NCBI GenBank assembly: GCA_050230475.1
Contig: JBFLGF010000088.1
Coordinates: 1-62,292 of the forward strand
DNA: 62,292 nucleotides
DNA from: Ancylonema sp.
Lineage: Eukaryota
Reading direction: 5' to 3'
Below the pieces are notes generated by a model. That model did not search any database. It worked only from the letters and a program-made list of their open reading frames with translations, and was not told the DNA's origin. Made by a program: the position numbers and the translations under genes. This document shows, piece after piece, positions 1 through 12,432 of the stretch; position 1 is the first letter of the stretch; every line of letters begins with the position of its first letter.

Positions 1-607
1 TCTGCTTCATTTTTGTCGCGTGTAAGTCACGTGTCGAAGTGAGACTGCATAAAAAACTTGCTGTGATACGGAATCTGATCGGGTGTCACGATTGTTCTAT
101 ACGCCTTATCGCCTTGAAGTGACACGTTGCACTTCACGAGGTTAACTCGCAGTATCAAAGTGATACTCGAAGTGCTTGCCGATCAAACATACTGGAGTTC
201 TGACAACCAACGCCGACATATGCTCGTGCACGTGCACCGTCATCGTCATGTATCAGAGCGCCAAAGCCGGTGACGTCGATAACATAATCCCACGTGCCAC
301 GTCGACTTGTCCTCTCTTTGTTACTTGCTCTCCTGCTGAGGAGAACAGTCAGAGAAGCTTACCAAACTCGGATATAACGGAAGTGCACGGAGCGAGCGCG
401 GGTGCAAGTATATTGTTTGACGGCTCCTGTTTCCAACGGAAGCTGGTCGACGAGGGATTTTATGGATGTTGTGCGTCGAATGCGACAGTACCTGTGACTC
501 ACCTGAAAGTGCCTGGCATCACACAGACGACATCTGTTACTTTTGGTGCATATTGGCATTTCATGATGTTCAGAGAGATTTTTCTTTTGCATTCCGAAGA
601 CGTGAGC

Positions 608-2835
608 ATGGAGATAAGCTCTCCTGTGGCCATGCGGCTCACAAAGGTCCCTTACAAGGGCACCTGCACGGCCTCAGTAGCCGACATGGCTACTGACTGC
701 TCGTCAACATGCGTAAATGCCTCTTCGCCATCCCCTCCTGAGTGTGAGCAAAGAGGGACGGCCGGAATTAAGTTGGAAGGGAAGCTGCCCAGGAGCTTTC
801 GAAATGCAAAAAAGACGCAGAATGGACGCAAGAGCATTCCGGAACTGTTGACAGACGTCAGTTTTTGCGTGAGTGGCTGGATCAATTTAGCACCTTGGTC
901 ATGGATTCGTATATAACACAAGAGAATGACTTCGGGAATCTTCTGCATCCTCGTCGCACACACTGTCGTGATTTATAACTGAGATTAGGCAAAGGCTAGC
1001 GCGAAAACAGCAAGGCAATCCCGATCTGCCGCTGTATCTAGCACACCATGTGGCATATACCCTGCCGCATTCTCTCAGATGCCCCGAGCGGAACCTTCGA
1101 CCTTCTCCTGGAGGCAGTAGGTTTCAGTTGGGACTCTGCTATGAAGGATTTCGTGCCACCTTTCCACTCCTTTACGACACTACGTGATATCTACAGCCAT
1201 GCGACCGTCAGGCCACGCAAATCGCATGCAAAAACGGGTGAACCCTGCCTTGATCATCCGATTATTTCCACGAATCCCAATGGCAGCACTTGAGACTAAA
1301 GACATGTCTGTCGGGTCTGCGTTTTCTTCAACTGACACGTGTGTCGGTGTCGCAGGTGTACACTGGCGTGCATTTATTAGCCCTCTACTCTGCTTTCAGT
1401 TGGTTCAGTTGGAGGCTGCTGGGTCTGGCCTCCGCCCTCTATGCTGTGCGAATGTTTGGGATCACAGGCGGGTACCACAGGCTCTTGTCTCACAGGTGGG
1501 TGAGGCAGAGACGGACCTCATGCCATCCGGTGACTTTCGATGCACATCAAGTCCCTTCAGGATCCGCTTTTTGCTCATTTAAAACGAATCGGGAAGAAGT
1601 ACGAGTCTACGACGCTCTCTCACCTGCCTGTTGCGTGCGCAGATCGTACCGTACTTCTCGCGTGGGGCAGTTCGTGATGGCCGCCTTGGGCTGTTTGGCA
1701 TTCCAGAAGGGCCCGCTCTGGTGGTGCTCCCATCACCGCCACCATCACAGGTGGGGCTGCCACTCCAAATCCTCACCTTCTCGACTTCTGGTGCTCTGTT
1801 GTTCTGGTGTGGTCCTCAATGCGCTCCCTGTTCTTATCTCCTGAGCAGGACGGCAGACACGGAGGAGGATGTGCACAGCCCCGTCCGATGGGGCATTTGG
1901 TGGTCCCATGTTGGATGGTCAGCCCCCCCCTCCTCCCCTCCTCCCCTCGTCCCTCCTCCAGCATGATCGCTGACGAGGCTGGCGGTTGGGGACTGGGGAG
2001 TGGCAGGTTTCTGTGCACGGCAGCCAATGCAGAGCCCCTGTGGTCGGCTGTGCCGGACCTCCTGCGCTTCCCAGAGCTGGTCTGGATGGACAGGTGGGGC
2101 ACAGAGAACAGTGGGGTTGGGGTTGGTCCTGAACGGGGGGGGGGGAGTGAGGGGCAGGTACCACTATGTCTTTCCGGGGGCATCTGCAGCTCTGCTCTAC
2201 TGGGGTGGGGGCATGCCAGCTGTTGGGTGGGGATTCGCCATCAGCACTGTGGCTTGCTGGCATGCCACGTGAGTGCCTCCTCCACCTGCTGCGGTTTTCC
2301 TCTGCATGGGGGCTGAGGGCTGAGGTGGTGTGGCAGGTACTGCATCAACTCTGTGGCTCACCTGGTGGGTTCGCGGCGGTTCCGCTGCGAGTTCAACACG
2401 CATTGTGACGCGCGCAACAACTGGTGGCTGGCCATCCTCACCTGGGGGGAGGGGTGGCACAACAACCACCACGTGAGGCAGGGCATGCGGGGGCTCTCAC
2501 TCTGCTCCTGGCATCCCCTCAAACTCTCTCCCCTCCTCTCATTTCCCCCTCCCCGCCAGTGCTACATGCGCTCTGCACGGCACGGCTTCTACAAAGAAGA
2601 GGTGTGGCACTCGACCTCATTCAAACACGGTGGGGCACCCTCGCGGTTATGTGAACTCCGGTTTTGTCATGTCGGCATGTGGCAGGTGGATGTGACCTGG
2701 TACTTGCTGCTGCTGCTGGAGAGGATGGGGCTCGTGTGGCAACTAGAACTGCCCCCATTGGCCACGGTAAGGGGGATGAAACGTATGTCGTGGGAATCAA
2801 AGGGGGCTGGATGGTGCGTGGGATGCGTTGGGTGA
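608..2835 (+). CDS. Membrane-bound delta-9-type fatty acid desaturase, about 10 exons
   Basis: Spliced exons (608-868, 1356-1495, 1643-1750, 1849-1917, 2007-2093, 2158-2268, 2337-2472, 2560-2601, 2686-2835) give the three His boxes GYHRLLSHR, HHRHHH and GEGWHNNHH, plus DVHSP and WSHVGW. The first exon and start are less certain. Confidence 0.9.
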
Positions 2836-4117
2836 AGGTTGTAGGTGGGAGGGCCGGTGTGGGAACAAGGGTTGAGTTGGGGTGGGTAGTGTGTGGTGGT
2901 TGGTGGGCGCAGCTGGAGCGGATGCGGTTTGACGAATCGCACTTGAAGTGCCGGTGTGCCTCTGTGGAGGCGGATTTGAGAGACATGTGTGAACCCAATT
3001 AGGACATCAAATATGCCGTGATCCTATTTTCCATGAGACGTGTGTCCTTGTACAGGTAATCTTTGTGTTGTTCGGTTATTTGAATATTGTCATCATGCAT
3101 ATGAGTAGTAGATCATGATTGTAGTCAGATTCATGTGATGTGTCATAGGTACGAGAGTACCTAAGACGAATCGGTAATAACCCATAAGAATGTAATTACC
3201 CATTTGATATTTAACCAAAGAAAATTTAGAAAATGCTCCCCAAGAGTTTAACAATACTTAATTTACTTGATACTTGATACTACATTCATGCCAATCTGTC
3301 TAGCATACAGCACTAAGAGATATTGATACATATTTTGAAACACATATCATCATTGATGTGCAATTGTGGTTAGTTGCAAACGTGGTTCCGTTTTCCTTTT
3401 GACACTTATTTAAGAGATCCATGTCATGGACATTGTGTAGTAAAAAGAATAGCGCATGCTTTGTTTGTCTCTATATTATCGCAGCTTCGTCAAAGAATAA
3501 CCTCTTCAAAATTCACCGCTTGAGGAGTGCTTACCAGCTATTTTGCCAAGTTGTTTTGAGCAGTATCGACACATATTTTGTACATGAGAGCATAACCAAT
3601 AGCACAATCACGCTGGAGCGCTTGTTTTTGTCCGCAGTACCATGAGCGGCAATGAAGCCCAAAATTATGACTGAGAAACTAAAAGTTTTTTGTCACAAAA
3701 TGAATTTGTATAATTCTCAATGCTTTCTTAAGAACGAAAATAAGGAGGTGTTCAGAAGTAGAGTACATACGAACCAAACAATGTGCACCTCTTTAGATAT
3801 GTCGTTACAAATCCATAGCCATGATCTGCTTTTGAGCAATTTGCCATATGGTATATCACGAACAACGGAAAAGGTTCGGAGTGGTATTGCACATCTTGAT
3901 TATGGCAAAAGTTAGAGGTAAGATTCTTGAACTGGAACATGTCAAACATTAGGTCGGCGCGTTTCTTAAACATTTACAAACAGCAGCCATAATGCTACAC
4001 AACTCTGCTAGACCACCTAAAGGAACATAAACAAGAGGAAACTTCCTTTTCTTACCCTAGGAAGGAAATACTGAATAAAACAAAATAGATACAAATGTAT
4101 TTATTTCCTAACTCATC

Positions 4118-7100
4118 TCAATCCTGTTTCCTGGGGTTGGGAGGTTTGTCTCTCCACTCCCATTCCCCCCGATAATAATGATTCGGTAGCCCTAGCCAAA
4201 ACTTGAAGGCCTCTAAGCTCTTGTTTGACGTGGGTGACGCCCGCGTAGCCGGGCTGAGAGGCGAGTCATTCCCCTTCAAGTCCGAGTACAACTCGATGAA
4301 CAGCCGTTTGTACTTGAGGCGATCAGCCGATATTCCGCCGTCCTCCATGCACCTCACAATTTCAAGAGCTCTCTGCATCATTTGTGACCGCCACCGTGAT
4401 TGTGAGAAGAGGTTGGAGGGGGGGGGATGCATCGCCGCATTGACTGTTCCTCCTGCTGTGCTACAAATGCTCTCACTCGAAATCTCCTCACCCACCGTCA
4501 GTATGAACATAGTTCAAACCCCTCCTCCTACCTGAAAGTAGCCTGCTCTGACGCAGACGTACACGAGGTCATCCAGCAGTGCTTCGTCAGCCTCGAAAGG
4601 CTCCTCTCCCCTCTCCTTCTTCCACCTGGCAGGCCGTTGTGCCTCCACCTGCAGCGCCACCTGGCCTGCCTGCAGACTCTCCTTGATCTCCCTCCACAGC
4701 ACCAGGCACTGGGGAGCCAGGTTCAGGCGGCTGTACCCCCTCACCAGGGTGCCGTAGGGTGGCAGGTTGGGGGTCGCGCCCGCAGCCTTCATGCTGCGGA
4801 ACGCCGCCTCCGCCTCCACCATCAGTCCCCCCCTCGAAAAGCTGTTGATCAGACTGTTCCAGGCAGCTCGATCCAGGAGCACTTCGGGATCGCTCTCCAT
4901 TTCCTCGAAGACCCTTGCTGCCAGCCATGGCTGCCCGTTGTCTCCAAACAACTTTATCAAATTGGTGTAACTCTGCGTGGAGGCGCCCAGCCCTCCTCTC
5001 CTCATCTCTTTGAACCAATCCAGGGCACCCGCGTTGTCCTCCCTACGGATGCAGCCGTGAATGAGGGTGTTGTAGGTGATGACGTCCGCTGCCACCCCGG
5101 CCTCCTGCATGTCCTTGAAGAGACAGGTGGCATGCTCCCATTGCCCAGCTCGACAGTAGCCACTGATGAGGGTGTTGTACGTCACCACATTCGCCGGAAT
5201 GCGGAGCTCTGCCATCTCCCCAAGAAGCTTCTGCGCCGCTTCCAGCTGCCCCGAGTTGGCGTAGGCCCCAATGACAGAGGTGTAGGCGACCTCATTGGGG
5301 GGGTAGCCGTACTCACTCTGCATGCTGTCCAGAAGCATGCGGGCCTTGTGCACCTCCTGCTGCTCCACGAAGCCGTTGATGAGAGTGGTGAGCGTCCGCA
5401 CGGCGGGCTTGCAGCGCGCGCCTAGCTTCTGCATCTCTCTCACCATGGCCTCCCCCGCCACCACATCCCCCATGCCCACGTACGCAGACACCAGCGTGTT
5501 GTACGTCGCCTCATCTGGCATCACTCCGGCTGCCTTCATTTTCTCCAGCACTCCGCGCATTTTCTGACGCTCGCCATGCTGGGCATAGCCCTTCACCAGA
5601 ATGTTGTAAGCGATGACATCAGCAGCCACACCCAGCTCTGGCATCCTCGTTTCCAGTAGCTCTTCGGCCACTTGCAGGTCGCCAGCTGTCACCGCGGCAT
5701 TGATGGCCGCATTGCAGGCGCCCGCATCTGGACGCGACGCCTGCGGCCTCTCTGAATCGCACATCTGGTTGAACACTTCCAGAGCCCTCCCTGCGGTCCG
5801 CGCATTTTTCCCCAACCGAGCCACCACGGAGCTCCACGTGGCGACTCTCGGTTGGAACCCATCCTCCATCATGGCTTGCAGAAGCTCCTCTGCCACCAGC
5901 AGAAGAACACAAGACAGAAAGGGGGTTGTTTACCTTTCCCTTTTTCGTCCTCAGCACCTCCCATGCCTCATCTTCCATTGGTGCAAAGCAGAAATTGAGT
6001 GGGCATCCATGTCGGTCAGCACTGTTATCCATGCCTCTCGAATACCTGCATCCTCCAGATGGTTCGTCCTGAGTGCGCAGTTCACGAGGGTGCCGTGCGC
6101 GAACTCATCCAGCCGCACCTCGGACCGGTCAGGGAACAGCTTCAGCAGATGCCGGGCCGTCACGAACCCCCCCTCTCTACACAGAAGACTGATGAGCCTC
6201 AAAAAACTCCTCTGACTTGGCACTCGTTTCACTGCTGCGAGGTCCTGCACCATCATGACGGCATCCTTCACTCTTCTGTCATTCAAAGCTCGGTCAAGTG
6301 CTGCATGCAGCTCCGTGACAGCGTCCTCAGCCCTCGTGCTCTTTTCTTTCCTACTACTTGACAGGGCCCCCTCAGGATCCCCCATCTTCCAAATACTGGT
6401 GGTACCATACGAGTGGTCCAACTTCACCCCGCCCTCATTTCCGCTTCCCCACGCCCTCGACTTATTCTCCTGTCGGTCTTGACTGCTGAATTGGCGCACT
6501 CGGGACCTTCCCCACCTGTCTGCCTCCTTATATATCAACCCATCATTCAGTTCCACCTCGGACCACAGCCCCAGCCCTAGTCCAGGCCCCGTCTTAGATA
6601 ACCTAGCTGGCCTTCTGAGATCATGCGGTGCAGTAGTGCTGGAAGCATTTTGGAAACCATTTCCTGACTGCTGTCTGTTCCTGCCAATGTCGGTGCTCCC
6701 ACAGAAAGTGTAAGTTTCTGATATTTTATCCGTATCATTATCTTCTGACTGTTCAACAGCTCCTGTTTCTCTACTACCGATTCCTCCCACACCATCTTCC
6801 TGCCTCACCCTGGGAGCCCATACACTATCCACCTCCAATGTTCTAAGAGCTGCTCTATGATCAGGCCGTATGCTCAGAGGAGCCGTTGTGTCCCTCCTGA
6901 CATTCCTTTCGATGCTGGTGCCATCTTCAGGAACATTGCATGAATCTGGAGGCCCCTTTACCAATTCGGTGCTTCCTCTGGCCCTGTCACTTTTCTTACT
7001 GAGTGAATCGCTGAAGAGAAGGCGGCCCTGCTTACAAGTTACGGAAGGAATCATAAGGGCAGGTGATTTTCTCGCATTATCGTCGGTGGGAAACGATGGT

Positions 7101-7309
7101 GAAGAGTGGTTGAATCGTAGGCACCTGACACTTTGCTGTTGAATGAGGAATACGTGCCTGTAGGCGTCTAGGAGCTCAACCAGCCCATCATCGCGCAATC
7201 GACTCCACGTTCGACTCAATCGCGTGTCGCCCACGCCGTCCGATGGGGCATCCCAGGCACTTTTCCGGGCAGAAGATTCGTCCGCGTATCCAGCGCTAAA
7301 CCACGCCAC
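4118..7309 (-). CDS. HCF152: P-class PPR protein, HCF152-like (plastid RNA processing)
   Basis: Tandem 35-aa PPR motifs in 4533-5896 (DVIAYNILVKGYA, NVVTYNTLISGYC). The C-terminus LLDDLVYVCVRAGYFQ-RALEIVRCME...EAFKFWLGLPNHYY matches the HCF152 tail. The start codon is unresolved. Confidence 0.85.
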
Positions 7310-7638
7310 GCTTCAGGACAGCAGGGCGGGACAATATTACGCTATCGGAACCCACCACGTAATATCGAACATGTTGTAAGCGGTAAATGTTGCCAATTGC
7401 GACATTAGTTAATTTCAAAACTACAGTCGCCCTAGTACAGATTGTCGCCACTCGATGTACACCTCAAGCCGCGGCACCCCTTGAAATATCAACTCTGAAA
7501 CATGAAAAGCCGATTCGATCTTATTATTAGCTCAAATCATGGCTGCCACCTCCTACTGCGGCGTGTTGAGGTTGCATGATTGCATAAAAAAAAATCCTTT
7601 ATTTTTCCAGTATTGACACACTAAAGGTGTCTGCGAAG

Positions 7639-10600
7639 ATGGCATATCGATATGGCTGGCACATACGCCCGGCCAGGTCCCACGATTCGGATTATAGAAT
7701 GGGAAGCAGAGTGATAATTCGTCCACGTGAGTTGTCGCATCCGCAGACCCCAACAGTTTCCCCACCGCATTTGCACCGGGCGGACCCTCCCATACACCGG
7801 TCTCAAGATTTTGAGAGAGAAGAAGGTAATGAGTCTGCAGACATGAGTATCTCAGAAGAGAGTGCCGATGACGACCTTTACATTGCACAAGTTGAGGAGC
7901 CCGCACTGCCTGTCCAGGAAGAAATGAGTGTACACCAAGAAGTTGACGTCGAGCTTGAACTAAGTTTGACAGGCGGAGGGACGAAAAAAAATCAGCATGG
8001 CGCTTATGGCGCTTCTACCGCCAGCGTAGATGCTAGACCGAGCAGTGCGGACATTCATCCATTTCTGTCCCTCTCAATCAGTTCCCCGTTAACAACCGTC
8101 ACAGTTCGGCAACCACCTCCACCTCATGCTCCTAGTTCGAGTCCAGGACAAGGTTCCGATGACGTCGGAAAGGCAGGGATAGGCGGGCTGTCTCTAAATC
8201 TTGGCGAGGCAATGTTCTCCGGGGGTCTCAGAAGTCATTTAGTGCAAAGAGAAAACAAGGAGACTTTTCAGGAAGCCTCGGTGGATGACGTGGATTGGGA
8301 TTGGCGGGAACGACTTGTGCACGGAGCCACCTCTGGTAGAGTGGTAGCAGAGAGTTCGGTGGATGCCGTGAGTGAGGTGGAGGCAGGAGTGGTGGAGAGT
8401 ACGATGGCGATCAACAGCCAGTGTGGAGAAATGGTAGCGGTCATGAATACGGCGCAGGCCTTGGAGACGACAAGGGAAGTACGTATCTCTTGCCTTGGCA
8501 TGCAAGAAGTAATGCATTCGCACATTCACTTGACGGTGTGGCACACGAGTAACTGCCATGCGCCCAGGGTCTCCTTCTAACCTCACCGCCTTCTTTCTTG
8601 CAGCGGGAGACCTCGATGCCCAATGGAGTGGTACCTCTGGGACAGCAGGGAGACGAGAGACCTAAGCCTCTTCCACTCGTTGCCACGTGCCTCCTAATGC
8701 CACCGATCCGTCCTCAACCAGGGGCTGCACCTCCTACGGCCTCACCTCAACCTCCTCACACGCTTTCCAAAAGACGTTCTCCCTCTGACATGCCGCCCGC
8801 ACCTCCTCCTGTCCACCAAGGCGCCACTCTGGCAGTGGTGCAAGCGTACGCGGGGTTCGAAATTGTAGACAGCAGCAGTGATGACGACGACGGTTTCTCG
8901 ATTTTGGTGAATTCAGTTCCGCGGAAGGACGCCAAAGCGGGTCCCACCATCTCCCCACCCCCTCCAACCACCTCTCTCAAACCCCCCGCTGCTCCTCCAA
9001 AACCACCGTACCCAAGCTCACCCTCCAACGGTGGACCATCTGGTGCTGCAGTTGAGCCATCAGCAGCCCTTGGGGTTGGCTCTGTGCGCGGCAAGGTGGG
9101 ATCAGGGATGGGGAGGGGATTGGGGAAGACAGGGGGACCAATGAAATGGCAGCGCCCTCTCACCAAACCTAGATCTCCTGTGGTGCTACCACTCCCCTCC
9201 ACCGGGACTCCAGCCGCTCGAGGCTTAGCAGCCAAGAAGGCTTTCCCTTCTCCCATGCCATCTACTGCCAAAGTGGTGAGGGGGTTTGGCAGCAGCTACA
9301 CTCGGATGGGGCACAGCTACACCTTGGTCCGAGCTCCACTCCCATTTCCACCAATCGCGTCTCCTCTGCCCTCCTCTGCCCCTCCGGCCCCTTCTGTGCT
9401 GCCTCCAGCCGCCCCCCTGGCTCCCCCCATCAGCGATGCACAGAGAGTGGAAGGAAGCAGAGGGGGTGCAGCGGAGGCGCCTCCTGCAGCAGAAAAATAT
9501 AGCAGAAAAAGGGCCAATCAGCTGGTCAGAGGAGGCTCGACCCCTAGGGAAAATGGACCTTCATCCACCTCCCTACAGGCAACCAGCGGCCCTGTGGACG
9601 CACAAATAAGTGTAGGCGCCAAACAGAGTGTGGCGCCGTTTTCCTCCAAGCCCAGCCCACCACCGACTCAGGGTGGGGCCCTCCTCCTCCCATCCCTCTC
9701 CCTACCTCTTCCTGCCACCTCTGATGCCACCCTCTGTTTCCCCAGGATCGTCCAAGAAGGCGGTGCTGTGGAAGATGGCGAAGGTGTGGCGAATGCATGC
9801 CTCCTCGCCCCCTCCACTGGCCACCCCCGCCTCAAAGGCCTCCCTCACAGCAGGCAGCCCTCTGCTGCGGTTCTCGGGACGGGGGAGCAAAGCGAAGCAG
9901 TCTCTGGCAGGGGGGTCGCGGTGGACTGTTCTGTGAGTGAGCAACCCCTCCCCCGAGAGTTTAGGGTCAGTGTTTGGGGTTTAGGGTCAGTGTTTGGGGT
10001 TTAGGGTTTAGGGTTAGGATGTAGGGTTGTCCTCCGTCTGAGCAGGGGCTGTGAGCACGGGGGGTGGGGGTGGTCAGGAGCAAGCTGAAGCGCGAGCGCA
10101 AGGTGGAGAGCTTGTACGTGCGCTCAGGGGGGGGCTTCGCGTTGCTGCGCTCCAGAGTGCGCAGCCTGGTGGGGAGCAGCCTAAGGTGGACCAAAACGAT
10201 GCAGGAGGAGGCGAAGCGAGTGAGCTCGGTATGGGAGCGCATGGGGGGAGGAAGGGAGGGGGTGGAGGGGATGGGGAGTGAGGGTGGGGAGGTGGGGAGG
10301 TGGGGCAGGAAGCCACAAAGGCCGTGGCGCTGGCGGAGCGAGCCAAGAGGGAGAAGAAACAAAAAACGAAAGCTGCAAAAGCCGAGTCCTCGAAAGCCAA
10401 AGGTGCGAGAACGGGTCCGCTCAGAGCAGGCTGGGGGGATGGAGGCACCGACCGTCCGGTGGTTGGTGGGCGCAGGGGAGGGGAGGCAGCGCTACAAGCT
10501 GGGCGCCGCAGGGAAGGCTCTCCATCGACTGCCAGGTGTGCATGAGCAGCAGATGTGAGTGTGGGAAGGGGCGGCAGCTAACCTACAGTCACTGTGCCTG

Positions 10601-11861
10601 TATCGAGGTGTAGGGAAGGCGTGGAGGGCACCGCGTCGCGCTCAGATCGGAGGAGCATCGTACGTCCGTCGACTCACACCCGAACAAGGAGGATGAGGGA
10701 TGCGAGGATGAGCGGGGGGGTGGGGGTCGCAGGTACGTGCGGATGGGCGCCAGCAGCGTCCTCGTCAGAGACCCCAACAGTGCCGCCAAACACACGGCGA
10801 GGTGAGCAGTAGCAGCAGGATCTGGGGTTCTGGGGGTGTTGGGGGTTTGATTATTTGTGGGGGTGGTTGGGGGTGTGGGTTCAGTGCCCGCGTGCGCTAC
10901 AGCCTCAACAACGCGCGGTTTCGGAAGGTGAAGGCGCGCGCGTACTGCCAATACTTTTGCCGATTCGGGAAGTGTGCAAAGACGGAGAAGGGGCAGTGCG
11001 GGTACATCCACGACCCCAACAAAGTGGCCGTGTGCTCCAACTGGCTCAACGCTGCCTGCGCAGAACACGACTGTCCGCTCACGCACGAGGTGAGGGAGGA
11101 GACGGAGAGGAGGAGGAGGAGGAGGAGGAGGAAGAGGGGGAAATGACGTTTCTGACGCGCAGCTCCCTGCTGTGATGTGGGCAGGTGCGAGCGGAGCGTA
11201 TGCCAGACTGCTCCTTCTTCCGAGAAGGTGACCTGTCTTCCCCCCCCCGGCCACTCCGCATGGGGGTTGAGCGTGTGGTGGTCCCTGCTGACGTGGCAGG
11301 CATGTGTGTGGTGGAGGAGTGCCCCTACCGCCACGTGAACGTGAACCCCAAGGCTGCCGTCTGTCAGGGCTTTCTGCGCGGCTACTGTGCACAAGGCGAC
11401 AAGGTGCCCAACCCCCACCTCCCACCTCCCACCGTGGCCATGTGTATACACACACGTACGGGTGTAGACATGGAGTTGCATGTACGTTGTAGGTAGCACC
11501 TATGTGGGCACCGTGTGCTCCCCTGACCTGTGATGTGTTACCTGTGTCCCCGCCATTGGGGCAGTGCACCCAGAAGCACACGTTCACGTGCCCTGACCAG
11601 TCCGAGTTAGGCGCGTGCCCCAAGGGCGCTCACTGCAAGCTCCAGCACAAGGGGCCGGAAGGCGAGCAGAAAGGAGGGTTCAGGAGCGTGGTACAGGTCA
11701 CCAGAGGGCGCTATTTTGAAGGCAAGAGGAAGAGGGAGGGGGCACAAGAAGAAGAAGAAGAAGAAGAAGGAGAAGAGAGGAAGGGGGAGGGGTCAGCCAA
11801 GAGAGCAAAGCATGGAGGCAGCCAAGAGGAGGAGGAGGAGGAAGATTTTGTTCCGATCTGA
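7639..11861 (+). CDS. SOP1: Large multi-CCCH zinc-finger protein, SOP1/ZC3H3-like (nuclear exosome cofactor)
   Basis: Long low-complexity N-terminus, then YVRSGGGFALLRSRVRSLVGSSLRWTKT and five CCCH fingers (YCQYFCRFGKC...HDPNKVAVC, RMPDCSFF, CPYRHVNVNP, HTFTCP...CKLQH) across short introns. Confidence 0.85.
9959..10017 (+). repeat. Interstitial telomere-like TTTAGGG/TTAGGG cluster
   Basis: tttagggtcagtgtttggggtttagggtcagtgtttggggtttagggtttagggttagg, inside a probable intron. Confidence 0.75.
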
Positions 11862-12380
11862 CGCTCTTCCTATCACCATATTATTGGGAGCGCGGGTCGG
11901 GAGGAGTCTTTATTTTTTTCTACAGGCCTGAGGGAGGGAGGAGAAGAAGGATGAGACGCACAAACGCACAGAATGCTTCACCCTCTGGCCATGAGGATAT
12001 GGGTCGGAACCCCTTGGAACCCCTTGGACTCGGGTGTTGTTTCATACACAAGTGACCTTTGCCTCCCCCCCTGGACTCACCTTGGCCCACAGCACAGAGG
12101 GAGGGGGAGGGGCAAGGGTGCACACCTGCCTCCAGGCTCCACGCTCCAGGCTCCATACCAGGTGCGCTCCCACCCCCTCTGCTCCTCCCAAGGTATGGCT
12201 GCTCATCCCTGAGAGGGGGGCCATGGCAACATGAGTGCCACCTGGCACAGTTCAGGCAACGGGGGTTGTGGCGACATGGTTCGATATGTATACTATGAGC
12301 CACCTCTTCTTCTTGTCTTGCGTAGTTTCAGAGCCAGAAGTCTCGAAAGGTATGCTGAAGGGGACGAGGCAGGGGCGGAG

Positions 12381-12432
12381 TGGGAGGGATGGAGGGATGG
12401 AGGGATGGGAGGGATGGGAGGGATGGGAGGGA
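12381..12432 (+). repeat. (GGGAGGGAT)n G-rich tandem repeat
   Basis: Directly visible; the same unit recurs at about 24030-24065. Confidence 0.8.

Noticed and set aside
4427..5425. 332-aa plus-strand ORF and similar long antisense ORFs (10589-11623, 35519-36178)
   Set aside because: They are shadows of GC-rich coding sequence on the opposite strand with no recognisable motifs.
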